Shown: positions 13,816 to 26,207 of the stretch, in pieces
Layout: every line of letters begins with the position of its first letter
Position numbering within the stretch: position 1 is the stretch's first letter
Source: Camelus ferus
Taxonomy: Eukaryota
Assembly (NCBI RefSeq): GCF_009834535.1
Contig: NC_045696.1
Span: forward strand, 71,984,001 to 72,048,000
Direction: 5' to 3'
Length of the DNA: 64,000 nt
Translations under genes and position numbers: made by a program
The notes under the pieces: model-generated
What the model was told of the DNA's origin: nothing
What the model saw: only the letters and a program-made list of their open reading frames with translations
Databases searched by the model: none

Positions 13816-16800
13816 TTTTTTTGTGTGTTTTTTTTTTAAATTTGTAAACTTCAACTTTTTAGAGGAGTTTTAGGTTAACAGCAGAATTGAGCAAAAGTAG
13901 AGAGAGTTCCCATACCCTGTCCCCATACATGCATAGCCTCCCCAAGTATCAACATCCTGTGCCAGAATGGTGCTTTTATTATAATGGATGGACCTACACT
14001 GACACATCATTATCACCCAGTGTCCATGGTTTATGTTAGAGTTCACTCTTGATGTGCATTCTGTGAGTTTGGACAAATGTGTAATGACATGTATCCAACA
14101 TGTATTCTACCATTGTATCTCACAGAGTAGTTTCAATTGCCCTCAGTATGCTCTTCATCCCTCCCTGCTTCCAGCCCCTGAGAATCACTGATCTTTTTAT
14201 CGCCTCCATGGTTTTGCCTTTTCCAGATGTCATACAGTTGGAATTATATAGTGTGTAGCTTTTTCAGATTGACTTCCTTCACTTAGTAGCATGAATTTTA
14301 AGTTTCCTCCATGTCTTTTCATGGCTTGATGGCTCATTTCTGTTTGGCGCTGGATAATATTCCATTGTCTGGTTGTACCAGTTTATTTATCTTCTCACTT
14401 CCAGAAGTATATTTTGGTTGCTTCCAAGTTTAGCAGTTATGAATAAAGCTGCTATAAATATCTATGTACAGGGTTTTGTGTGGACATAGTTTCAATTCAT
14501 TGCGATAAACACCAAGAATGGATCACATGGTAAGAGTATGTTTAGTTTTGTAAGAAACTGCCACACTGTCTTTCAAAGTAGATGTATCACTTTGCATTTC
14601 CACCAAGCAAATAATGAGAGTTCCTCATCCTCATCAGCATTTCATGTCATCATTGTTCCAGATTTTGGCCATTCTAATAGGTGTGTAGTGACATCTCGTT
14701 TTAATTTGCATTTCCCTGATAACATGATGTGGAGCATCTTCTCATATGCTTATTTGCCATCTGTGTATGTGTATTTGCCATCTCTTCTGTCTTTTGACCA
14801 TTGTTTAGTTAGGTTGTTTGTTTTCTTATTGTTGAGCTCTAAGTTATTGGTATATTTTAGATAACAGTTCTTTAACAGATGTACCTTTTGCAAATTTTTC
14901 TCCCAGTCTGTGGCTAGTCTTTTCATTCTCTTGATATTGTCTTTAACAGAGCAGAAGTTTTTAATTTTAATGAAGTCCAGTTTATCAATTATTTCTTTCA
15001 TGGATTGTGTCTTTGTTGTTGTGTCTAAAAAGACTCACTATGCTCAAAGTCAACTAGGTTTTCTCCTTTGTTGTCTTCTAGTTTTCTGGTTTTGTGTTTT
15101 ACATTTTGGTCTTTGATCCATTTGGGGTTAATTTTCATGAAGGCTGTAAGGTCTGTTGAGATTCTTTTTCTTTTTCTTTTTCTTTGCTTGTAGATATCCA
15201 GTTGCTCCAGCATCATTTCTTTAAAAGACTTTTCTCCATTTTATTGCCTTTGCTCCTTTGTCAAAGATTAGTTGTCTATATTTATGTGGATCTGTTTCTG
15301 GGCGCTCTATTCTGTTCCACTAATCTATTTGTTCTCTCACCAGTACTTCATTGTTTTGATTTCTGTAGCTTTATAGTAAGTAAGTCTTGAACTCAGACAG
15401 TGTCAATCCTCCAATGTTGTCATTTTCTCATATCAAGTTGGTTATTCTGGGTCCTTTTCCTCCGTATAAACATTAGAGTCAGTTTTTTGATATCCACAAA
15501 ATAGCTTGCTAGGATTTTGATTGGAGTTGCAATGACTCTATATAACAGATTGGGAAGACTGACTTCTTGACCATGTTGAGTCTTCCTATCCATAAGCATG
15601 AACTGTTTCTCCATTTATTTAGCTCTTCTTTTACTATTTCATCAGAATTCTGTAGTTTCCTCATATAGATCTTATACATATTTTGTTAGATTTTTGCCTG
15701 TTTCACTTCAGGAGGGTGCTAATGTAAATGGTATTGTGTTTTTAATTTCAAATTCTACTTGTTTACTTGTATGTAGGAAAACAGTTGACTTGTATACTCA
15801 CCTTATATCCTGCAACCTTGATATGGTTGCTTATTAGTTCCAGGAGGTTTTTTGATTAAGTTTTTTGGATTTTTTTAATGAAGTTGATCAAGTCATCTGT
15901 GAACAGTTTTATTTCTTCCTTCCCAATCTATACCATTTATTTCCTTTTCTTGTATTATTGCATTAACTGGGACATCTTGTATGATATTGAAAAGGAATGG
16001 TGAGAGTGGACAGCCATGTTTCTGATCTTAGTGGGAAGGCTTCTAGTTTCTCACTATTAGGTATGATGTTAGCTGTAGGTTTTTGTAAATCTTTTTCAAA
16101 TTGTGGAAGTTCCCCTCTATTTGGGAGTTTTTATTATAGTTGGGTATTGGATTTCATCGAATGCTTTTTCTGATTTTGTTGATACAATCATGTGATTCTG
16201 CTTTAGTCTGTTGATGTGATGGATTACATTCATTGATTTTCAGATGTTGAACTAGTCTTGCATACTAGATCCCACCTGGTCATGGTATATCATTATTTTT
16301 ATACATTATTAGATTTGATTTGCTGAGGATTATTTCATCAATGTTCTTAAGAGTTACTGGTCTGTAGTCTTCTTTGGTTTTGGTGTTAAGGTAATGCCTC
16401 ATAGAATGAGTTGGGAAGTATTCTGTCTTCTGAAAGAGACTGTAGATAATTGGTATAAATTGGTATAAATTCTACCTCCAGGGTTTGATAGAATTCACCA
16501 GTGAACCAGTCAGCCTACTGCTGTCTTTCTTTGTTGTTGTTATTTATCTATTTTTGTTGGCCGGGGAGGGGGGGTGATTAGGTTTATTTATTTATTTTTA
16601 GAGGAATACTTGTTCGCACAGAGGTTTTTGCTCATAAGTTTCTGTTCCAGCAAGTTGTGAATCTCTATATTTGCCTGTCTTTCTCTCTAATTTGGGGGGC
16701 TGTGGTTTGCTCACATCTGTGGTGGATCTAAGAAGAGTTGTTGATTCTTCAGCTTATTCAGCTTTTCACTTGTCAGGATGGAATGGTGACTTGTAAGCAC

Positions 16801-16830
16801 TTTACCTGCTGGGTCAGAAACTGGAAATTT
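13815..16830 (-). mobile_element. L1MC-like LINE (3'UTR, 3' half of ORF2, then 5'-end fragment)
   Basis: T-rich tail ~13815-13837, ORF2 remnants (ORF 14750..15001 KLDFIKIKNFCS...), L1 5'-end-like sequence 16610-16828. Confidence 0.85.
16545..16610 (-). mobile_element. Vic-1-type SINE, 3' portion only
   Basis: ggggagggggggtgattaggtttatttatttatttttagagg is the reverse complement of the tail of the intact copy at 34638-34790. Confidence 0.7.
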
Positions 16831-17153
16831 TCACTAAATTTTTATAGTCCACTGATAGATTGTGACCCACAGTTTGAAAAACAGTTTTAAATTGTATGGA
16901 GCTAACTTTACACTAAGTAAAAAAATTTCAAACACAGAAGGCTACATACTATATGATTTCATTTGTATGACATTCTAGGAAAAAAACTCATAGAAAGCAG
17001 AAGAGTGGTTGGCTGGAGCCAGGGGCCTGGGGAAGGGACTGACTGCAAAGGGGAACAAGGGAACATTTTGGGTGATGGAAATGTTTTGTATTTTCATAGT
17101 GGTAGTGGTTATATGACTGTATTCAATTGCTGAAACCTAAAATGGATAAATTT

Positions 17154-17265
17154 GGAGGGGGTGTAAATAGGTTTATTTATTTTTTTAATGAAGGTACTGG
17201 AGATTGAACCCAGGACCTCATGCATGCTAAGCACGGGCTCTACCACTGAGCTATTACCCTCCCCC
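17154..17265 (-). mobile_element. Vic-1-type tRNA-derived SINE inserted in an old L1 3'UTR (16895-17310)
   Basis: A/B boxes on minus strand; TSD-like TAAAATGGATAAATTT 17138-17153 and TAAAATGAATAAAGTTT 17267-17283. Confidence 0.9.
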
Positions 17266-17774
17266 TTAAAATGAATAAAGTTTATTGTCAGAAATTATGC
17301 TTTGATAAAGTTGGGGGGAGTGTAGTACCTAATATAATGCCAGTAGATAAGACATTAACATGATGTTTACTTACTAAGCAATCTTCTAAAGGGTCACTAG
17401 CAAAACGATTTTAAAGAAACTTCCAGAGCCCACATTCAACAGGAAAAAAAAGTCTTTCTCCACAGGGTTAGAGTAAGATGGAATGTCACAGTGTGAGGTT
17501 TCCGAGGTTCTGGTGCACCGAAGCAGTAATTCATGGTTCAGCCATGTTCTCACTGCTGTGGCAGCTGAGACTGATTCATAACTTGGGTTTACCATTTTCT
17601 CAAAATCCCAGACATACTTTTCTATTGTTAAATTTCATGTGGCTCCCTATTTTTGATTGAAAATCATTTCACTGCTACAAAGTGTGAGGTATTTTCTTCA
17701 TGAAATGCAAAATGTTTATCTCTGAATGAAGGCAGCAGTAAAACTTGATATTTCATGAAAGATTTTGATTCTGA

Positions 17775-18077
<303 letters not shown>

Positions 18078-19579
18078 TAAAGGTGACAGTACATTTGATG
18101 CTGTGACATTGTTGTCACTTTATGGACTGATTCCTAACTTGTCACTTACCATCTTTTCCCCTTAGACATGGGGCAGCCAGAAGATGAGCTCCTGCCACTG
18201 AGGCCTGCTCTTACCACATTGTCTCAACACAAAGCCTTCTACTCTACCTGAGGCCACATCATTCAGAGCCAGGCCATCGTTAGATTTTAGAGGCAGGGCA
18301 GGTGCTGGTCAAGATGAGATGACCTAAGGAAGAGTTGGGAATGGTTTAGACCAACAGTGTTTCATGTGCAAGTGCTGACACACTGTTGCTGGGCCATGAA
18401 GGGATAAGCATAGCCATTCAGAGTAAATACTTAGAAAGTTTTAAACCATTCTGGCTTCACTATGACACATCTACTATATTTTAGTGAAGTGTAAGTTTAC
18501 AACTGTTCCTCACTGGCCTGAACCGGAGTTCTACAAAGCATATTCCGTCAAATACTGATAATAATATTTTAGTCTGTTTTGTTCTCTTTATTGAAAACAA
18601 TAGGTTTTACAGCCTTTTCTCAATATAAAAAAAAAAATTTAAGTGGTATGAACATTCTTGATCTCTCTAGGATTCTTGGTTCTTTATATATCCTGAGTCT
18701 AAATTATCTTTTCCATGTTGTGATGTTAAAGTCTTGACTATTTTCATCATTTTGTCTTTGTAGAACTTCTGAGGACAGTAATATGATATTCCTCTTGCTG
18801 GTTCTTTGGGAATGATTGGTGGTTTTAATTGAGTTACAGGATTCTTCCGGGCCTCTGTAGCCTTGAAAGTAATGAAACCCAGGCATATCAGACTAGGAAA
18901 TGTTACTAAGTATCAGGAAAACTGGAGCAGGTTTAGAGACTTTTGGAAACAGTGCATATGTTTTCAGAATTCAAAGAAGGATTTTTTTTTTCTGAAGCAA
19001 TAATCAAGAGAGTCCTGAATTTTGAAATCATGAAGGATAAAAGATTTCCAAGGATTAAGGAGGAGAAAGCTTTTGGACATTAGACAGGACCGCAGACATT
19101 TATTTCTGCAACTCAAGAAATTTTAAGAGTTTTGAAGGCTCTTAGAAAAGGAAGCAACTTTTATCATCTGGGAAAGGTTTCTAGAGCTTAGGGACACCAT
19201 TGGACCTTGTTTACAGGGTTCAAGGCACTTTGGAGTCTGGCTTCCAAGCAGAGGTAAAACAAGGGATCTCACCATTTGGTGAGTCAAGAGTTCAAGCTCC
19301 AGGACCTTTCTCTGGAGTCACTGGCTTCCTGAGCAAGGGTGAAATGAAGTGAGCACCCAGGCTGCAGTTGCAGGTGGTTAGCAGTGTCCACGGGAGGCTG
19401 GTGAAATGTCCAAGGTCCAAGGGTTCCAAAAAGTCAATGTCTAGAGCCCGGGAGAACCTGACACAGTTTTCTAAGTACTGAGCCTTTTCTGGGCCTAGAT
19501 AGAAACCAGTTTCAGAGGAAAACAGGCAGATAAACCAGGTTAAAGTAGGGCTATGTAGTCAGGAATCAGATCACATCTT

Positions 19580-19925
19580 AGAATATGGTCATTCTTCAGT
19601 GAATCTGTACTTGAGTCTGGGCTGGGGATATATAAAACCCCTGTGTTGGGAGCAGGTCTAAGCTGGAGGGATGAGGACTGGGGGTGAAACAAAACCTCCT
19701 CTCGCTGTCAATATGGCAGCTGTTTTGGGTCAGTATTTTCTCTTTACTGTTGTATGTTACATAGTAATGCTATATATTCAGACAATATTGTTACACCTAC
19801 TTTACCAACCGCCCGGAGTTGCTTTTTGCCATATTTACCTCTATGTTACATAATACAAATAAATCTTCACAGGTAGAATTGAAGCCTCAAAAAAAAAAAA
19901 AAAAAAAAAGAATATAGTCATTCTT
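19580..19925 (+). mobile_element. Retroposed polyadenylated insert with 17-bp TSD, not a recognisable TE
   Basis: AGAATATGGTCATTCTT 19580-19596 and AGAATATAGTCATTCTT 19909-19925; AATAAA 19858-19863; poly(A) 19889-19909. Confidence 0.85.
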
Positions 19926-20907
19926 TTTTATACTAAAACAAATAGAATTCTTTATTAAAACATTAAAGAGTATTTTATTTTAAAGGATAAGAATGAAATG
20001 ATGATAGCTAACATGACATAGTTATTATTATATGCCAGGCATTTTTCTCTGAAGCATCAAGAGATTAAAGAAGCTTACCCAGAATATGAGTATGCCCATA
20101 ACAGGGTAAATATAGAGACAGAATTTGAACTCAGGCAGTATGGCTGTAGTCTGTGGTTCCAAACACTGTGCCATAAAGGCATTCAGTTTAGTTCATTTTC
20201 CTTTCATTTTTAACTGTTGTGGTTCCTGATTTTTCTTATTTATAGATTTAAAGAGATGAAACCTTTGCCTGTTTTATGCTTAGTTCAGTGTACTTTAGTT
20301 CAGTGTACTGCTGAGCTAGAGTTTTTTCCCTGTATCTTTTACCATCTCAGTTTATCTTTTTTTTTCATCTTGGGGAAAACTTAAGGGGAGAGTAAAGAGA
20401 GTGACAGTGTGCCCTACAATAGCCTTTTCCAAATTATACTAGTTGAAGAGAGAGATTTGTTGTATTGGTATATAAAAGCCAAAGTAATAATAATAATAAT
20501 AATAAGCCAAATAATAACAGTGATAAACAATACTGATCACCCTGTTTAGAGTCTGATATCTTGCAATATCCATAAACATAACAACGTCTTTAAAACATGT
20601 TCCCCAGTCTGTTTTGCTCTATTACTCACTTGGTGATGAAGTTTACAAAGATGATTAATGCCACACTTTAGCCATAGTTGTAAATATAGTCCTAAACACC
20701 AAGTAATAATTTACTGCAAAAAAAAGATTGATTTGGTAACTGAGTGCTAATGTTTTAAATGAAAACTAAGAATATCTTGCCAGTGAGAAATTTTAGTTTT
20801 GATTATGTTGAAAAATAATTGATATTTATAATTTAGCCATCAGTTTGCCTGCTTTCTCTATAACTGTAGAAACCCATTGTAATTAATGTATTATTTCCAA
20901 GCTGCAT

Positions 20908-21100
20908 CTTTTTTTTTAACATTTTTTATTGAGTTATAGTCATTTTACAATGTTGTGTCAAATTGCAATGTAGAGCACAGATTTTCAGTTATACATGAAC
21001 ATACATATATTCATTGTCACATTTTTTTCTCTGTGAGCTACCATAAGATCTTGTGTATATTTCCCTGTGCTATACAGTATAATCTTTTTTATCTATTCTT
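20908..21100 (-). mobile_element. Short, young L1 3' end
   Basis: poly(T)+aacattttttattgagttatagtca, similar to the L1 end at 22585; tgcatct(g/t)tttt flanks as likely TSD. Confidence 0.8.
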
Positions 21101-21289
21101 GCATCTGTTTTTAAATCTGTTTTTGCTTTTGTCCAATACTCAAGTGGGTAGATAAAATAATAGTTTTTATTTAGCTTTATTATAAAGTCCAAATGTCCAT
21201 TTTATATAGGAAAAGACAAGACCATCAAATTAGTCTCATAGCTGCTGTAAGGTGGATTTTCGTAAGACCATGTATTCCTCTTTTACCAG

Positions 21290-21473
21290 GTTGCAGCAGG
21301 AGAGAAGATTCCTTTGAGCCAGGAAGAAATAACTCTGCAGGGCCATGCCTTTGAAGCTAGAATATATGCAGAAGATCCTAATAATAACTTCATGCCAGGA
21401 GCTGGACCATTAGTGCATCTCTCTACCCCTCAAGCCGACCTTTCCATAAGGATTGAAACTGGTGTACGGCAAG
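21290..21473 (+). CDS. MCCC1: MCCC1 exon 11 ([61 protein letters not shown])
   Basis: ttttaccag| acceptor, AAG|gtaaag donor; [13 protein letters not shown] motif. Confidence 0.97.
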
Positions 21474-22019
21474 GTAAAGTGAAATAAAATAAAAATTCTT
21501 GGTTTTAGAAAACTTTAAATACATTATTGTTTTTGGATGGGGGTCTTTTCCCTGTGTTTTGTGGAAATGCGTAGTGTGTTTTTAAATAAAGGATTTAATT
21601 GACTTCTCATTAATCTTTACTTTTTTCTCAGGAATAGTTATTTTTAAAGAATAACTAGTATTTTTAAGCAGTACTATTCTCTTTTTTTAAACTAATGTTT
21701 CTTTAATTTTGAGCAGTTCCTTTTTTTTTCTTTGCTCTCTTTTTTTGAAATGCAGCAGCACTTAGTCAAACCTAAGCAAAAAATATTTTGTGTGTACTGC
21801 TTTCCATTTTTACTTTGCCTAGTTCCAAAAATGATTTAAGGTGACTGATACCTGGTATGCCCAAGGCATTCTAACTTCAAGATACTGAAAGTCAAGCTGA
21901 AGAATTCAGTAAAAATAAGTTCAGTTCAAGCTTAACAATAGTAAAAGAAAGAAAGAAAAGTAAAAAAAATCGTGCACAAGAGCTGTCACAGTTCACGTAT
22001 GATTAATTACAATGGTCAT

Positions 22020-22270
22020 AACTAAATTATTTAGCACTTACTATGTACAGGTGCTGTTCTGGGTGATTTTTCTACATGGGCTCCTTTAACTATGAGAACT
22101 ACCCTATGAGTAGGTGTCATTATCATCCCCATTTTCCAGATGAGGAAACCAGGCACAGAGAAGTGATTTATTCAAGATCACCCTTGGAGCCAAGATTCAG
22201 ACCCAGGCATTCTGAAGGCATTCCGGCTCCAGGGTCTGCCCTCTGAGCCACCACTGTCTATTGCCACCTT
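22020..22270 (-). mobile_element. MIR SINE
   Basis: atccccattttccagatgaggaaaccaggcacagagaagtg core. Confidence 0.85.
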
Positions 22271-22584
22271 AGTTGCCACAGAAGTTAAACAGATGGTGAG
22301 AGAGAAAATACAGCAATTCGCACAATTAACAGGTTACGTTAGCCTGATATAGCAGGACACATTTCTAAGAGGAAACCTGGAGTGGATTTGAGTAGGCAGA
22401 TTTAACTGCATACATAAAAGTGAAGAAAAGAGGACTTAACTAAAGGTGTGTTCAAAGATCTGTAAGAAAATATGTGGCTGGAGAAGAGGGTTTAGGATGG
22501 TGAGTAGTTGATGTGGCTGGAGATAATAGAATGAGAGCAGATCGTTTCGGTCTTGAAAACCAAAATGAAGAATTAGGACTTCTT

Positions 22585-23960
22585 TTTTGTTTTGTTTTGA
22601 GTTATAGTCAGTTTACAATGCTTCAATTTCTGGTGTGCAGCACAATTTTTCAGTCATACATGGATATACATATATTCATTTTCATATTCTTTTTCACCAT
22701 GAGCTACTAGAAGATCTTGTATATATTTCCCTGTGCTGTACAGTATAAACTTGTTTATCTATTCTATATATACCTGTCAGTATCTACAAATCCTGAATTC
22801 CCAATCTGTCCCTTCCCACCCTTTTCCACCCTGGCAACCACAAGTTTGTGTTCTATGTCTGTGAGTCTGCTTCTGTTTTATATTTAAATTCATTTATCTT
22901 TTTTTTTTTTTTTTTTTTTAAGATTCCACATATGAGTGATATCATATGGTATTTTCCTTTCTCTTTCTGGCTTACTTCACTTAGAGTGACATTCTCCAGG
23001 GAAATCCGTGTTGCTACAAATGGCATTATATTGTCTTTTTTATGGCTGAAGAGTATTCCATTGTATAAATATATCATAACTTCTTTCTTCAGTCACCTGT
23101 CAGTGGACATTTAGGTTGTTTCCATGCCTTAGCTATTGTAAATAGTGCTGCTATGAACGTTGGGGTGCAAGTGTCTTTTTGAATTAGGGTTCCTTCTGGA
23201 TATAAGCCCAGGAGTGGGATTGCTGGATCATATGGTAAGTCTATTTTTAGTCTTTTAAGGACTCTCCATACTGTTTTCCACAATGGCTGCACCAAATTGC
23301 ATTCCCACCAACAGTGTAGGAAGGTTCCCTTTTCTCCACAGCCTCTCCAGCATTTATTATTTGTGGACTTTTGAATGATGGCCATTCTGACTGATACGAG
23401 GTGATATCTCATTGTAGTTTTGATTTGCATTTCTTAATTAGTGATACTGAGCATTTTTTCATGTGCCTGTTGGTCATTCATATGTCTTCATTGGAGAATT
23501 GCTTATTTAGGTCTTCTGGCCATTTTTGGATTGGATTGTTTGTTTTTTTCTTATTAAGTCATATGAGCTGTTTGTATATTCTGGAGATCAAGCCTTTGTC
23601 AGTTGCATCATTTGCAAATATTTTCTCCCATTGTGTAGGTTGTCATTTTCTTTTGCTTACGGTTTCCTTTGCTGTGCAAAAGCTTGTAAGTTTAATTAGG
23701 TCTCAATTGTTGATTTTCGCTTTTATTTCTATTTCTTGGGTAGACTGCCCTAGGAGAACATTGCTGAGATGTATGTGAGACAATGTTTTGCCTATGTTTG
23801 CTTCTAGGAGGTTTATTGTCTCTTGTTTTATGTTTAAGTCTTTAACCGTTTCAAGTTTATTTTTGTGTATGGTATGCGGAAGTATTCTAATTTCTTTGAT
23901 TTACATGCTGCTGTCCAGTTTTCCCAACACCATTTACTGAAGGACTTCCTTTCCGTTGTG
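22585..23960 (-). mobile_element. Young 5'-truncated L1 (ORF2 C-terminus plus 3'UTR)
   Basis: ORF 23089..23430 [11 protein letters not shown]...[18 protein letters not shown] = L1 ORF2 Cys-rich domain; KWCWENW motif near 23930. Confidence 0.95.
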
Positions 23961-24059
23961 GATTTTGTTTTGGGGGAGGGGAGGTAATTAGGTTTACTTT
24001 TTTTTTTTTTTTTTTTTAGTTTAATGCAGGTACTGGGGATTGAGCTATACCCTCCCTCC
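23960..24059 (-). mobile_element. Internally deleted Vic-1-type SINE abutting the L1
   Basis: gaggtaattaggttta...T-run...ggtactggggattga|gctataccctccc. Confidence 0.85.
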
Positions 24060-25233
24060 ATGGAATTAAAACTTCTTAATAATAAGTTGGCAGAATTTTG
24101 AGACCTCTGGCTAACCCACAGCAAGATTTTAACTTAACAGCAAAACATCATAGAAAAGAGAGTACTTATAATAGAGAAGAAATAATCTGTGAGGAAGCAA
24201 AGCTTGCAGTATAATTTAATAAAGGTGCTCAAAGGATAACAGAGATACAATTATGAAAAGGACTCCCAGATTCACATCCTAACACTGGAAAGGATAATCT
24301 AGGCCAGGAAGCTCCCCCCAACCCCTCCTCTTTTGTGTTTCCTGAGTCCCCTGTGTATTCCTTGTGCATTGCCCTTTTATACTATCTTACAGTGATCTTT
24401 TACTCCTTGTCTAGTTTCTCCATTAGACTATAAGAATTTTAAGGGAGGGATTCTGTCTTCCATCTTATATTTGCAGGACCTTGCTCAAGCCTAGGCCTAG
24501 AAGGTGGTCAGTATGTGTGGGTAGGTGGGTGGATGGATGGATGGGTGGGTGGATAAGGGAGTGTAATCTATCTCCTTGATTCTATAGATGGAGACTCTAG
24601 GGTTCAGAGGGGTCAAGTGATGTGCCAAAATCACAAAAAGTTCCTCGAACAGCATTCCTTATAACTTCTGACTTGAACCATTTCTTACCAATGAGATGTG
24701 CATGATTCAGATTCTCTGAGACTCTGTCATGTAGTGATAGCTGTTCCTTGTTTATCAGCTCTGCCTGGTATGGCGTTTAGCACTTGATTGTCAATCCTCC
24801 CAACAAGCCTGCAGGATAAAGGAATTATTATCCTTATTTTTCTGGTGAGGAAACTGAGGATGTGGAGGGACGAAATGCTAAAGACAAAGTGACTGTGATC
24901 TGAGAGGGTGAAGGGAGTTTGCACCAACTTCCAAAATGAGAAGTGAAAAGAAGTTTCTGAAGAATGGATGGAGAAAACCAGCCTGTGTGTCAGTGAATGA
25001 CTCTTTTAGGTCCTGGTGCTCTTGGGTGGTCATAACCTCCTTAGACTTCTAGTAAGTTTTTAAGCCCCTGTAAGCCTTGATTCCTCATGAATAAAATGGT
25101 GGTAATGATCTCTATCATGCAGGAGTTTGTGAGGATTAAGTGTGAAATGTACATGAAGCCCCAGGAGAATGTCTTGCTTATCATATTTTATCCCTTTAAG
25201 TTTTGAGTGGTTACTGTGGTTTTTCAATTTCAG

Positions 25234-25343
25234 GAGATGAAGTTTCCATGCATTATGACCCAATGATTGCAAAGCTGGTTGTGTGGGCTGCAGATCGCCA
25301 GGCAGCCTTGACGAAACTGAGGTACAGCCTTCGACAGTACCAT
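25234..25343 (+). CDS. MCCC1: MCCC1 exon 12 ([37 protein letters not shown])
   Basis: aatttcag| acceptor, CAT|gtgagt donor; YDPMIAKL motif. Confidence 0.97.
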
Positions 25344-25779
25344 GTGAGTGACCTGGGGCCATGTGAGTGACCCTGATGCTCTCTGTCTATCTACAGCCAA
25401 GCATATCTTGTCAAAAACAAAATAATTTCACATCGGAGGATTTTCCATTGATCAGAATAGACTTTGAGGACTTCCTGATTTCAGCTAGAAAAGAAAGATT
25501 ACAAGACAAACTATTAGCATCAGTGATAACTTCAGTGAGACCCAATATGCAATTCCTATTCATCCTGTAGGTAAGCCCAGCTACACAAGTACGGCCTATA
25601 GTCTAGTGTTACTTTCTCCAAAGGAGAAGAATTATTTTCAGTTTTATTCATTTGTTGGAATTTGTTGCTTTTCTGTAGCGCATTAATTTCCTTGGTGCAG
25701 TAGGTCCCACAGCCACACTGATTTAGCTTCATAGAAGGATTTCTTATTAACCTGTGATATGCACATTATTATATGTCAT

Positions 25780-26207
25780 GAATTTGACCAAACCTCTGAT
25801 CTCTGGCTCCACCCTCACTGGTCTCCTTGCTGTTTAGACACACCCAGCATGGAACCATCTGTTCCTGTTCTCTCTTCCAGAATGTTCTTCCCCTACATAA
25901 TCCCAGGACTCCCTCCTCACCGTCCTCAGCCCTGCTCACCATGATCTTCAGAGTCCTTCATAGGCAACCGTGTTTAAAACAGGATGCTTTGCTGTTTTCT
26001 GTCCCTTTGGCCAGCCTTATTTTTCTTCCTATCACTTGATATTATATTAGATATTAGTTTATGGGTATTATTTGTTATCTGTCCCTAAAATGTAAGTTCT
26101 GTGAGGGCAAGGACTTTGTTTTGTTTTTCACTGTGTCCCCAGTACCTGGGTCTGGGCCTGACACCTAAAAGATGCTCAGTAAATGGGTATTAAATAAATG
26201 AATGAAT
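25780..26207 (+). mobile_element. L2 LINE 3' end
   Basis: atgtaagttctgtgagggcaaggactttg...atgctcagtaaat...aatgaatgaa. Confidence 0.85.

Noticed and set aside
23089..23778. 113-125 aa ORFs that look like real protein
   Set aside because: L1 ORF2 C-terminal remnant and its antisense frame, not a host gene.
23834..24124. ORF reading through the SINE into L1 ORF2 sequence
   Set aside because: Non-ATG start, poly-Lys from the A-run, terminates quickly; coincidental frame.
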